A DNA stretch of 64,000 bases, taken from Raillietiella orientalis (taxonomy: Eukaryota). The DNA lies in assembly GCA_036172245.1 (NCBI GenBank), contig JAYWIR010000015.1:4154001-4218000 (forward strand), in the 5' to 3' direction. The position numbers were made by a program, and so were the translations under genes. Below are positions 27,050-38,022 of this stretch, piece by piece; position 1 is the stretch's first letter, and the number at the start of each line of letters is the position of its first letter. The notes under the pieces were generated by a model, which ran no database searches, was not told the DNA's origin, and worked only from the letters and a program-made list of their open reading frames with translations.

Positions 27050-27730
27050 AGTTTAGTTTTCGATTAGGCAAACTTGTGTTTCGGTGTCTCTTGAAGAACT
27101 TCTTTTCCAAGTTTTAATGCTCCGACCAGTTGGCAAGAACGCTGTTCTGCAGCCTGATCAGTTTGCAGTCCCTCTTTATTTCATCCACAGGTTTCCGCTT
27201 GAAGAAACCAACATTCAAGATCATATAGATGTGAGCGAGGATTTGCTCCAGGAAACTGCTGTCTATTCTGTGCACATATTCGGAGCTGCTCAGCTTCCTG
27301 TGCACAGTCTGTTTCAACTAGAACGAAGGCCATACTGCGTTATCTGTTATTCCATTGAGAACTGTATCTGGAAATACCAACTTGAAAAGCCGTGCTACAA
27401 TTCGTTTCTCTTTTATTTCTCTTTTATCACTTCAAAACAATGGTGTGTGGTTTTACTTATTCGAAATTCAGGAAGACAACTTCTGACTCAGAGGGACATA
27501 TTCGAGTTCTTCCACATGTCTCGAATGCACGTTTTATGCTACCCCGAGGCCGTCGAATTCCCATGTTTTTTCTACTTGGAGCCTCTTCAGAAAATTCTCA
27601 TCCACCAGCTGAATCCTAGGTGCTCTTAAGGATTCGCCAACCTCTGTGATAAGCATGATCTTGGCCGCGCCCGATGCCAAATTTTTAGCTGTTTTTTCTT
27701 CCTGGAGCCCTGCTAACAAAAGCAATCACG
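27050..27730 (-). pseudogene. decayed coding remnant, possibly the C-terminus of a LINE ORF2
   Basis: Long minus-strand frame with scattered stops (…RIQLVDENFLKRLQVEK…FLEQILAHIYMILNVGFFKRKPVDEIKRD…). Family assignment is weak. Confidence 0.3.
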
Positions 27731-29149
27731 GGAAGTTCCTTTGCACTGCAGGATTTAGGAGGTTGCGTTTGATAGGAAACAGTCTTTCAGCGAATAATTT
27801 CAGAGATTTTCCCCCCTCAATTTTCTCGCTTCCACAAACTTATTTAATTTAAATTTCTTAATTTCTTTTTTAATTTTTTAATTTTTCTTTTCTTAATTTT
27901 CTTTTTCTGGACTTAATTTTAAAACCTTTGAGGATTCAGAAACAGGAACACAATGGATAGGATGATATACGTTTTTATTGAATTTTCAAGGCATTTGAAG
28001 TGCAAACTATGAACGAAAAGAATTGCACTGCGAACACTGCTGTTTCCATGGTTTTCTTCGTAAGATTGCCTGCATTGTTAGAAATGAGATTACCTCGAGA
28101 TTTTCCCATCGTTTTTCTTTAGGCAAATGGGATTAATTGCCTGCATTGTTAGAAACAACACTTATAGGTTAATTGTTATCGATCAGCTGATTAATTTGAA
28201 TTGTTCATCCAGTGTAATTTTTAAAAGTCCAATTCTCTATGTAAGGGGTGTTTTTGCTAGAATTTTTTTCAGACAAAGCCGAAATTCAAACGAATTCAAG
28301 GTAGCAGCAAGTTCATCCAGGATTTGAGGATGTGACAAAAAGACTACCCGTAAAACAATTCGCATAGCTATATTATGGACCCATGAAATTAGGAAAGAAG
28401 ATAAACGAAATAAAAGCGGCTCACTGTCGGCCCATAAGGAGGGATCCTTTAGGTGATTTAAAAGGAATGTGCTGCAACATCTTACAGTAGTGATTTCAAG
28501 CCTTTTAATGGCTGGATTTGGAACTGCAATTTGGATCATTTCGAAAATTCACGCCTGGATTCTGAATGCCCTGGTAAACCAAATGCGTCTCAGTTTTCGA
28601 ATGAACTGGTGAAATAAATCTATAGAACGAAAAAATTGATCAATCCACTTCAAGAGCCGATAGGAATGCAGCAGGTTTTCGAGGGGAGTTTCTGTTACAG
28701 CACGCTGATAACCATTTCTCTAGAGCATTTGGACAGATAGTACACTTCCAGGGGTAGTGGATGGCCTTCTCGGCCTTTTGGCTAAGATCCAAGTAACTAT
28801 CCAAGTAACAAGTAACTATCTTCATTCCAACAAGCGGTGGGATGCGATGATCTATTAAGGGCAGATCACAAACGGAAGCAACAAGCACACGAAGCAACTG
28901 ACCCGTTTGCACCTGTTCCTGAACCCTCACTGTTACAACACCAGATTCCACTCTTCCGGACTTTGTCTTCAGGTGCTAATATAGGAGTTATTGGCATCAC
29001 TTCAGCTACATCCTCAATCCCTTTCAATATGCAGCGATACGTCCAGGATGGGACTCTGCCGCACTTCCTGATGCCCATCTCCCTTTGAATGATTTTTTTA
29101 TCCCTCAAAATGTCCATAACAGGCGCCGCCTTCCTTGTGCTCCTTCATT

Positions 29150-29682
29150 TTTACTCATCTCATCACGATGCTCGCGATGAAGAGAGCGTAGGTAGCTCTT
29201 AGCATGGGGTCGCATCGCGGAACCTGCTAACCCCCTTCAAACAATCTCTTCAGGATTCCCATCCTCGTACTGCTGTGCAAGCTCGTCGCCGCCTTCAGTG
29301 CTGTCCAGTCTTGGAACAACATTGGTCGAGCGAGCAGGCGTGGAGCCGCATCTCCTTGATCCCACATGCCAAAGCAGAGCTCGTCTCGCCTGTCCAATGA
29401 GTAGTCCTGGACCCACCCAGCATCCCTCAGCGGGAAAACACGAGGAGGTCGTCCTTGGCGTCTGGCGGCAAATCACCCCTCCAGGCGGTTTCTCGAACTG
29501 CTTGCGGGTTCCTGACCCCCTGACGGCGGGCACGCCGTCGCGAGGACGTCGCAGTTTCCATTCTTTGAGGAATGAGTTGCCGGAGGTTCTTTGCTTTTTG
29601 CGACTACGCTGGGTCGTTCTGATTCCTCCACAGTTTCCGTGTCCCGTGGGTAAATCGCCCAATGGGCCTTCCGCAGCACCGG
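29150..29682 (-). mobile_element. L1/Tx1-like LINE 3' fragment (subfamily B)
   Basis: AWRGDLPPDAKDDLLVFSR*GMLGGSRTTHWTGETSSALACGIKEMRLH and MGILKRLFEGG*QVPRCDPMLRATYALFIASIVMR* are colinear with the ORF2 C-terminus at 62250-62588. Confidence 0.65.
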
Positions 29683-31154
29683 GTTTTCTTCTTTGGGGTT
29701 CGCTAAGTGCTCGAGAACCGTTCGCCTGGCGGGTCACTAAGCTCCTTAACACTGACCACGTCACCGGAGGGTGTGTACAAGTTAGGGGAACTATGAGAGA
29801 GGAGCACCCAGGGAATTCAAAAAGGGTTCCTGAAGAAGGAGTCCGTTCCTCTCACTCTTGAGAGGGAGCTCCCGAAGGGAACTCTCCACCCTGGTTGTCT
29901 CCCATTTCCATCCGGACATGCAAGACGTTTCTTAAAATTGAAAAGAAACTCACAAATTGTGGTAGGATACGTGGTCCTACCACACTCAGTTTGTCCACGG
30001 ACCTTTCGGGTCGCCGGTGCGCAAACCGATAGGGTTTCTCTCGACAGCGGAGGGCGCTGGGAAAAACAAAAAGAGAAATAAAATAGAGAGTAAATAAAAA
30101 TAGATATTAATAGAGTCGGGAAGGGATCGCTGTCCACTGGAGGGCATCTGCATACTTTCTAGGATGCCGGTTAGGTCCGCCCGAATAGGTCCCAGGTGCG
30201 ACCATCTGGCTGCTGCCATCCGCAGAAAGAGAACTGCGAACTGGACGGCTCCCTCTGTCGGCTTCCCTCCATGCCGCCACGATACCGCGAATGCAGCAAA
30301 GTGCTGCTAGGGCTGCTGATGGCTGCAGGGCATCTTGCACAAAGAAGAGCCGTAAAACGTCCCTGGGGGTGCCAACTGGGATCCGGAGAGTCGTTCCAAA
30401 GCATTCCCATAGGGGTCGGAGGGCAACAGCAGATGAAATCCATTAGCAGGTGCAGGAGGGATTCGCGTTCCCTGCATCTGACAGTTTGGTCTCGTCTCCA
30501 CCCCCTGGGTCCAGTGTTATCTGCGTGCATTGCAGGGAAGACCACAGTACAACAGCAGCAGAAGTACCGACTCCTGACACTTCATGCAGAGGGCGCTGCT
30601 GTTTTCCAGCACTGGGGGCCACTCCAGGTCTCCGCTAGGAGTGCCAAGCAGCTCGCCCAGCAATGTAGCCCTCATGGAAAGGTACTCGGGATCGCGGCCA
30701 GATGCCCCATGGTTCATCCCCTCATCAAATTCCACCTGCCTGCGATCTCGCGGGAGACTTCCCACCTCGGCGTTTGGCTGCTACCAAGTGCCCTCAGGAA
30801 GAACAGCGCTGCCTCGAGGGAAGTCCGCCCCGCCCACGTGCTCATGCTGGGATCCCCGAGGATCTTCTGCAGTGAGCGGTGGTTGTCTCCGAAGAGAACC
30901 CTGAAGGGACTCACTTCTTCTTCATTCTCTCCGGAGGAACCCCACGGAGGGGACGGCTCCTTGTTTCTTCTCCGAAATGATCCGCTCCTTGTTGCTCTTT
31001 CGAAGAGAGCCCCGAGGAACACTGCCAAATTTCTCTGGAAGGCATTCCCCGAAGGGAGCAGCGCGATTCTTAACACTCTGGAAAGGTAACAACCAAATCC
31101 ATGGTTGGAGGGTCCCCTCTGAGAGGGAGGACGGCTCCATTTGCACAACCGGAG
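29683..31154 (-). mobile_element. SINE-like family copy split by a LINE insertion (pieces 29683-29902 and 30891-31154)
   Basis: The two pieces join colinearly when compared with the intact copy (reverse complement of ~1350-1375, CCACCCTGGTTGTCTCCGAAG). A-rich tail at ~29683-29694. Confidence 0.75.
29903..30879 (-). mobile_element. 5'-truncated L1/Tx1-like LINE (subfamily A) with 11-bp target-site duplication
   Basis: TGGTTGTCTCC at 29892-29902 and 30880-30890. Decayed zf-RVT-like C-terminus (LLLLYCGLPCNARR*HWTQG; DALQPSAALAALCCIRGIVAAW). The 3' UTR is homologous to 31155-31400 and 54350-54540. Confidence 0.85.
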
Positions 31155-34100
31155 ATGCCACCCGGATACGCCGGGACGTTTATTCAAATTCTCTATATAG
31201 TCATGACAATACGTGGTACAAGGCCCCACTAACGGCCAACATTTCCCAGGACCTGCCAGGACGCCGGGACGCAGACCAGCGTGACTCTCCTCGGCAGTGG
31301 AAGGGGATGGAGGAAAAAACAAAAAGAAAAATAAAGGAAACACACACAAAAAAAAGAAACACTTTGGAGGACCGGAAAGGGATCACTGTCTGCTGGAGGA
31401 AGAGACCATCCTTTCCAGATGCCCTCGAGGTCCCTTTGCAAAGCTCCCAGATGGGACCATCCGATCGCGATTCGCAGGTAGCGACCCACGTGTACGATAA
31501 GGTCCCTATCGCTGCTTCCACTGTTGGCTGCGTGAGCGCAGCCACAATCTCTCAGAGGTAGCAGAGCGCTGTCAGGGCTGAGGCTGGTTGCAGGGCGTCT
31601 CGCACCAAGAGTCGTACAAAGTCTCTGGGGGGACTGCCGACCGGCATCCGGAAGGTCGTAGCAAAACGTTCCCACAAGGCATCCGCAGAATCCTTACAAG
31701 TTGCCAACAGTATAGGACTGAGGGCATCTCTTTGACGGACTTTTCTATGCCCGTCTGCATCTTGTCCATTTATTGAATCTTGAAGTATTGCCCTTCGAGT
31801 ATTTTCTCCAGGTGCTGGTTGAAGTATCTTGGGAGGCCTAGTTTCCTCAGTATCCTCAGCAGCATCCTGTGGCCCACGGTGTTTAACACTTTCTCCATAT
31901 CCGTGAAACCTAGCAACAGATCCTCTCCGTACTAGCTGCAACAGATGATGGTCTGGTCGTTATCAGACGTGGGAGGTCCGAGCACCGCGCACCTCTGCGT
32001 TAAAGCAATCACGGATGACCTGGTCATCCACAAGCAGTTGGCCAGGGGTTACCCATGTCATCCTTCGGCAATCTCTTCGCCAGGCCCTCACTTCGCGTCC
32101 GAATTCAGAACAGAGATTGACCGCCACTGGGTGACCGTCAAGTCCCCTCCTTTGGGCAGAAATCGCGTCCCGTTTCCGTAGAGCAACGCTGGAAGTCTCT
32201 TTTTTTTTTTAGATCTCGTTCGTAGTTCGTGTCATAGACGCAGATAGGCATGCAGGTACCTCTGATGGTGACAAATGAGTGCTCCATCAGGGACGGTTGC
32301 CACGAAGTTCCGCGAACTATTGATCTCCTCCATGGAAATTCCCTCTTCGAGTTGGTCTTCCAGCTGTTAACTCAGCCTCCTGTGCAGGCAGCGCAGGATG
32401 CTGAGGATGGCCTCCTACACCTCCGGGCACAAGTATCGTCTCTGGAAGTGGAAGTCGTAGTGTTTTTGGAAAACTTCCATGATTATTTCCAGCTTCCCCT
32501 CGATCACGGAACAGGGGACTCCTTTCGAGGCGTACCTGATTTGGTCGTCGTATCCAATGCATAAGACATCCGTGGAGATGTTATTCTTCTCCAGCACACC
32601 GAATCTTCCTTTCGCGTTCCGGGAAACGCACCGCCTTCCATATTGGTGCAGGTACTTTCAGAGGGAACGGTCTTGGATGTTCAGCTCCTGGTACGCATCC
32701 CGCCTCCGTGCTGCATGCTGCAAGAGACGGGGACAGTGTGCTTCAGCCTGTCCCAGTCGTTGATACTCTGCGAATGGTGGTGCCCTGCAGAATCGTTCCA
32801 ATGATATCTGGGTGACAGGGAAGCGGAAACTGAAACCAGGAGGGCCACCCTCGCACCAATCTTTCCCCAAGGATTCTCGGTTTTCAGGATGAAGCCCATC
32901 GGGATGATCCGACAGCAGGGTCTGCGTGTCTCAGAGATGTTTGTATGCGGTTACCGATTTCTTGACCGTACAGGTCGTTGGCTATTTCTCTCAGCAATCC
33001 GAATTTTTTGGACAGCTTCCCATACGCCCTTCTTCCACGGGAATCTTCGGACTGGTTGATGTTCTCCAGCTTGCTGAAGTCACCCACGACGATGCCGATA
33101 TCTTCGAGTGTAACTTTTTCTGCCCAGAATGGTCTTCACTGCCTCTGCTCAATGGTGTTTTTCTTCATGTGGCCGTACACGTTTATCAGCAGCGGGTGGG
33201 CATCCGAACTTCGACGATGAGACCGGGTCAAGCAGGAGACGTTTTTAGGATGGTGTGTGCGATCCCGTTCTTTCCCCTTGATCTTCTTCTCTCGGGCACT
33301 CACGAACAGCTGGGAGTCCTATCGTCTCTCAAGTTCCAGGCAGGTCTGGTGGTCCATCTCGTGGGTCTCTTGCAGGCACGCGCTATCGCCACGCTCGACA
33401 GTGCACGTGATTCTCTTGCGCTTTTCCTGATCTCACATGCGGTTGATCTTCCAGGAGGCGGTCTCTAGACTCCTGACGAACGACAGGAAGAAGGGCATCG
33501 GGAATCATTTGAAGGTTTGCCTTACTTCGTCGTCGTCGTCCTCTTCTGCTCCAGGAACGCTGTTTGTCTCCCCTCTGCAGTTCGCACGATCTCCAGGTAG
33601 CTTTCCGACTTGAATGTGGTCGGCACTATTCTCAGTGTGGTTGTCCTTCTGGGCAGACGGGTAGCCCACTTAGTTTTCCTCGCAGCAGCAGCGCGGCCAC
33701 CTCAGCGATTTCCACGGATTTGGTCTTTGTTAAATTCAGCTGGTCTTCCAGCTGCCACCGCTGCTCCTCGTTGGTAGCTGTCTTCATAGAGACGTTCCGG
33801 AGTTCACCGACTCGGAGCGGAACCTTCTTCTGCTTCTCTTTGCTGTTGCCTGGACGCATTTCATCATCGAGTATGGTGACTTCTTCCTGCGCATACTCCC
33901 CCGTCTGCTGCTCCCCCCTCCTTCTCTCCGGTCACGCCGCTTTCCACTGGCACTTCCAAGGAAGAAGAAAGCTCTTCTGCAACTTGCCTCCTCTTTTTCT
34001 TTTCTTTTCTTTGCACCTCGGCGAGCCCCGGGTTGGTGACTGCTCCTGGGATTTCGTTCACCTGTGCCTATTCTTAATTGGTCACCTCGGGCTGCGAAAA

Positions 34101-35100
34101 GCAGATCCAGGGTGACCAGCCACGGCGCTTGACCTCTCTTGACCTCGCGCTTGGTGTCTCTGGAGAGCTCGCAGGAGCACGGCTGAGGCGGCCTTGTGTA
34201 CACGCGAATTAGGTGGTCTTGCTGTCTGCACTCGTAACATCGCGCCTTCGGACAGGAGCCGAGACGGATGCGAGCCTCTTGCAGCCCATGCAGAAGGTGG
34301 ATCGTAGCCTGTAGAGGACTAGGATGGTCATGCGAATGGACCTCGACGGACACGATTTTAGAGATCTTCGCATCTTCATAAAACCGGATGAAAACCACCG
34401 CTTCTCCGGCAAAGATGCTGTCCATGTGGTTGCGGAACGCAAACTTCTGGACTTCTCCGTACCGGGAGAGGAAATCCTACACGTCACCCTGACTAGTGAG
34501 GCAGTTGGCGCCTGCCAGGGAGTCATTGTGAAGATCTCCCGCATCTCCTCTCCCGCTGAGGACGCCTGCCTGCTGGATGAGCGCCTCCTGTAGCTACTCT
34601 TTCAGGGTGCACATCGCAAATCCGATGGTGGGCAAAGCGATCGCTTTGATTTTCTTTCAAAGTCTGCATTCTCGTTGTGGGGAGAGACGTAAATGCCCCG
34701 CACTTTTATGAGACGCGGGATCCCCGTATTAAAGGTCACCATCTCGATCACGGGGTTGGCATTCCGCACGGGCTTTTTCACCCGTCGGATTTCAAAGATG
34801 GGTTGTGTACGCCGAGCTGTCGTTGCGGGCGCGTCCGCCGCTGTCGCACGTGTGTACGACCCGGGAGTACTTATCTCCTTGGAGGTCTACGGTTGGCCCA
34901 GATTCATGAGAGTGGCGGCTGTTCCTTCCTACGCAGGGGTTGGATCACTTGGTTGTCCTCCACACTGCCCCCACTCAATGTTTTTGGCACCGGAGTGGAG
35001 TGAAAGGGTCCCCATTCTCGCACCACTTTAGCATCGCACCACCTATCGTTTGCAGAACTGCGTAAGAGTCCTCGCGAACGCCTTCTCCTTATGTCCACTG
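31155..35100 (-). mobile_element. near-full-length decayed L1/Tx1-clade non-LTR retrotransposon (ORF1 + APE-RT ORF2, internally deleted)
   Basis: ORF1: DFLSRYGEVQKF (~34445-34478) and knuckle remnants FCMGCKRL, CPKARCYECRQQDHLIRV (~34200-34300). ORF2 APE: ASWKIN, CLQETH (33361-33378), LINVYG, VGDF, LSDH. RT: FLPKGGDLTVTQWRSISVLNSDAK (~32095-32165), DMEKVLNTVGH (~31870-31902), VRQRDALSPIL (~31710-31740), then a deletion to the C-terminus. AATAAA plus a terminal hairpin at 31161-31184. Many stops and frameshifts; 5' boundary approximate. Confidence 0.88.
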
Positions 35101-37078
35101 TATGACCTCAGGTTGCCTTCGAGCGCAATCGCCTCGAAGACAAGTAAATTCCGTTGAGTGGTAGTGAGCAATCGCTCCCTACTGGAGGACACCATCATGT
35201 TTGTATGGTTTCGAACACCATGGAGAAAGTAAGGAAGGCAGCTTAAACGGGGACCATGCCATGAGTTCTGCTTGCATCAAAAGTTCCAGAGCGTGTGGGC
35301 CCCATTAAAGGAAACTCAAGTTCTTTGATCCGAGTTTGAATTTTCATTTAGCTAATGTTTGGTGCTCGAATGATCGCGAGCAAGGGTTTGGGAATTGCTC
35401 AGGGAACGGGAAAACCAACTCTTCCTTGCTTGCCGAAGCAATAATTTCTCCTTCCTTGCTTTACATGTATGTATGTGTATATACATATATGTATATATAT
35501 AAATGCCTTTCTAATGTATTTTGCTACTGAACTTTCTAAGAGAACAACTTTGCTTCGTTTGTTTCAGAGTTTTCTTTGAAAAATGCGAGAATCAAAGAAA
35601 ATTGCAAAGGACTCGCAAAAGTGGGCGTAGGTCTGCAATTCCAGGGTGCCAATCCCACAGTGGAGAGCTGGTAACTGCATAGGGTCCTGCTATCAGAGAT
35701 AAATAGTTGCTGATTAATCTTCGTAAAGCGGAGGATGAACGAAACGCTGAAAGGAAGTCAGGGAGTCTCCACGTTTTCGAAATTAGGGTGTTCCTTGGTA
35801 ACATCCCGCTGAAGGGTCACCATCCTCGCAACAGTTCGTTGCCTCCCTAAAACTTGGTCACTTCCAAGCGAATGCATCTTGAGGACGCTTTTCACTCCTC
35901 CTGCATCCGACAACCCATTCGGAAAATGGCGGCAGATGTGTTGCCATCGCTTCGTTCACGATCGAAATCCGAATTTCGAATTCAAAGGAACTTTCCTTCC
36001 AAACCCTACGATTAATTTCATCTTGTTTCTTTAGATTTCCGATATCGGATTCCCCCATCAAAGGCGCAGGCGTAATAAAGTATGCAATGAACGAACGAGC
36101 GAGTGAACAGTAATGAAAAAAAAAAAAACACACAAACACACACACATTGTGTTTGAACAGACGAGGCTTTTTGCCCAGTTATGCCACCCAAAGTGCTGCT
36201 TTCGTGTACCCCAACTGCAGTGTTTTTTATCTGTTTTTCATTTTCTTCGATTCTTTAAGAGCGCAGATCGGTTTCCCAGATGTCTATGCGAGCAAACCTA
36301 CGTAAGTGTTGCATCATATCAGCTTCCTCCTCGTTAAGGTCAGTGCAGCTCCATAGGAGACTTCACCCATTCATTAATGATCCATTCGTCCACTTATTTA
36401 TGAGCCTTGAACAATTCCTTGCCGAGGAACCGGTCAAGGGGATTCGATTCCCGAAAGCAAGGGTAACCATCAGGATCGCCCACTATGTCCACACTTCAAC
36501 TAATGCCATTGAATCTGAAAATGGATTTTCCTAATCAGATGCTTCCTGCATTCCGACGAAATCTCTGCAACAACCCGCGCATTCTGGAGGAACTTTAAAA
36601 AGTTAATCTGACTGGTCGATCAATTCCCCCCAATCACCGTTCATTAATCACCTTGCAAAAGCGTGTTCATCCACATGTGATAACATGTAACAGACATCTG
36701 AACTTCATATTTCTCGTGTAGTGGAAAGCATCGGACATGTGACCATCAAACCATCTGGTTGACAATCTGAGTTGAACACTCATTTTGAGCATGAAAGTTT
36801 ACGAATCTGAGGCTACTGAGATTTGTTTCAGTCAAGCCTCCAGATGTACTTCCTCTTCTGAGTATTCAAGGAGAGCCTCTAAATCCTGTTTCTGAATTCG
36901 AGTTTTTTTCTTTTTTCTCTCACCTAAGCCGAAACTCAGTACATTTCATGCATCCAATACATTACTCAAGACATCGAAAGGAAGATTTCCGTTGTGCCCG
37001 TTTTGTTTCTTTCGATGCTGTAGCTTGGGAAACGGAAACACTCTGGGTCAACCAGTGCTTTCTTCCCTTAATTAAGTA

Positions 37079-38022
37079 CTAGCTTGGTGCAAAAATAATT
37101 GCGGTTTTCATCATTTCAAGTTTGGCGCCGATTTTTCCAGTTACCATTATCTTTTGTTATTGTCACATGACACATCATTCTGAACAATGAAATTGGCACC
37201 ACTGATTTCATCCCATGCCTATTCTTTCGTACTGCTAGACATGACGTCTTAGATTGGTCGTGGGGAAAGAAGCAAATTCGCGCGATTTTGTTGTATGGGT
37301 TTCAATTGGGACGCGAAGCAGCAGAAACTGCTCGAAATATCCAATTTGCTTTTGGCGAAGAGTCAATCAGTGAACGTACAGCTCAGCACGGGTTGCAAAA
37401 ACTCCATGATGAAAACGAAAGCCTCGAACATGAGGAGAGTCGTGCACGCCCTTCGGCTACAGACAATAACGATGTAATTACTGAAGCGGACCCACGTATC
37501 AAACAACTCGAGAGGTGGCAGAAGAACTCAATGCTGATCATTCAGCAGTTGTTCGACATTCGAGCCCAATGGGAAAAACAAAAGAGCTGGACCAACGGGA
37601 TCCACATGGGCGAAACGGACATCAGGCAATTCGGCCATACGAAGTCTGCTCTGAGCTTCTTTTGCGTCGACACAGATGGTCCCTTTCTTGATCGCCTTGT
37701 CACGTGTGGCCAAGAGTGGATTCTCTACAGCAATCGGAAAGGTTCGTGACAATGGCTAGACCGAGGAGAAGCACCAAAGCGGTATCAGCCACCGAAGCTT
37801 CAAGAAAAAAAGATGATCGCTGTCACTGTTTGGAGGTCGGCAAGTGGCATCGTTCACCACAACTCCTTAAATCCTGGTCAAAAAGCAGCAGCAAAAAAAT
37901 ATTGTCAGGAAATTGAAAAAATGCACCGTTAACGGCCAGCATCAGTCAATCGAAGAGGACCGCTTCTTCTTCATGACAACGCCCGATACGTGGAAAAGGA
38001 GATTATTTTTGCTCCAACCTAA
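37079..38022 (+). mobile_element. mariner element (cecropia/Hsmar1-like), internally deleted, non-autonomous
   Basis: TA|CTAGCTTGGTGCAAAAATAATTGCGGTTTT ... GATTATTTTTGCTCCAACCTAA|TA (TIRs with TA duplication). Transposase KKQIRAILLYGFQLGREAAETARNI..FLDRLVTCGQEWILYSN..KKYCQEIEKMH..GPLLLHDNAR, cut off just after HDNAR. Confidence 0.92.

Noticed and set aside
28045..28155. 20-bp direct repeat ATTGCCTGCATTGTTAGAAA x2 (a similar 15-bp repeat lies at 14530/14571)
   Set aside because: Ordinary local duplication with no array or element structure.
28240..29120. Further RT remnant (AGFRG motif)
   Set aside because: Single weak motif with no colinear support.
29940..30060. Hammerhead ribozyme in the LINE 3' UTR
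   Set aside because: Hairpins and a GAAA are present, but no CUGANGA core in the required arrangement.
30196..31089. 297-aa plus-strand ORF
   Set aside because: Antisense to a LINE fragment and crosses the LINE/SINE junction.
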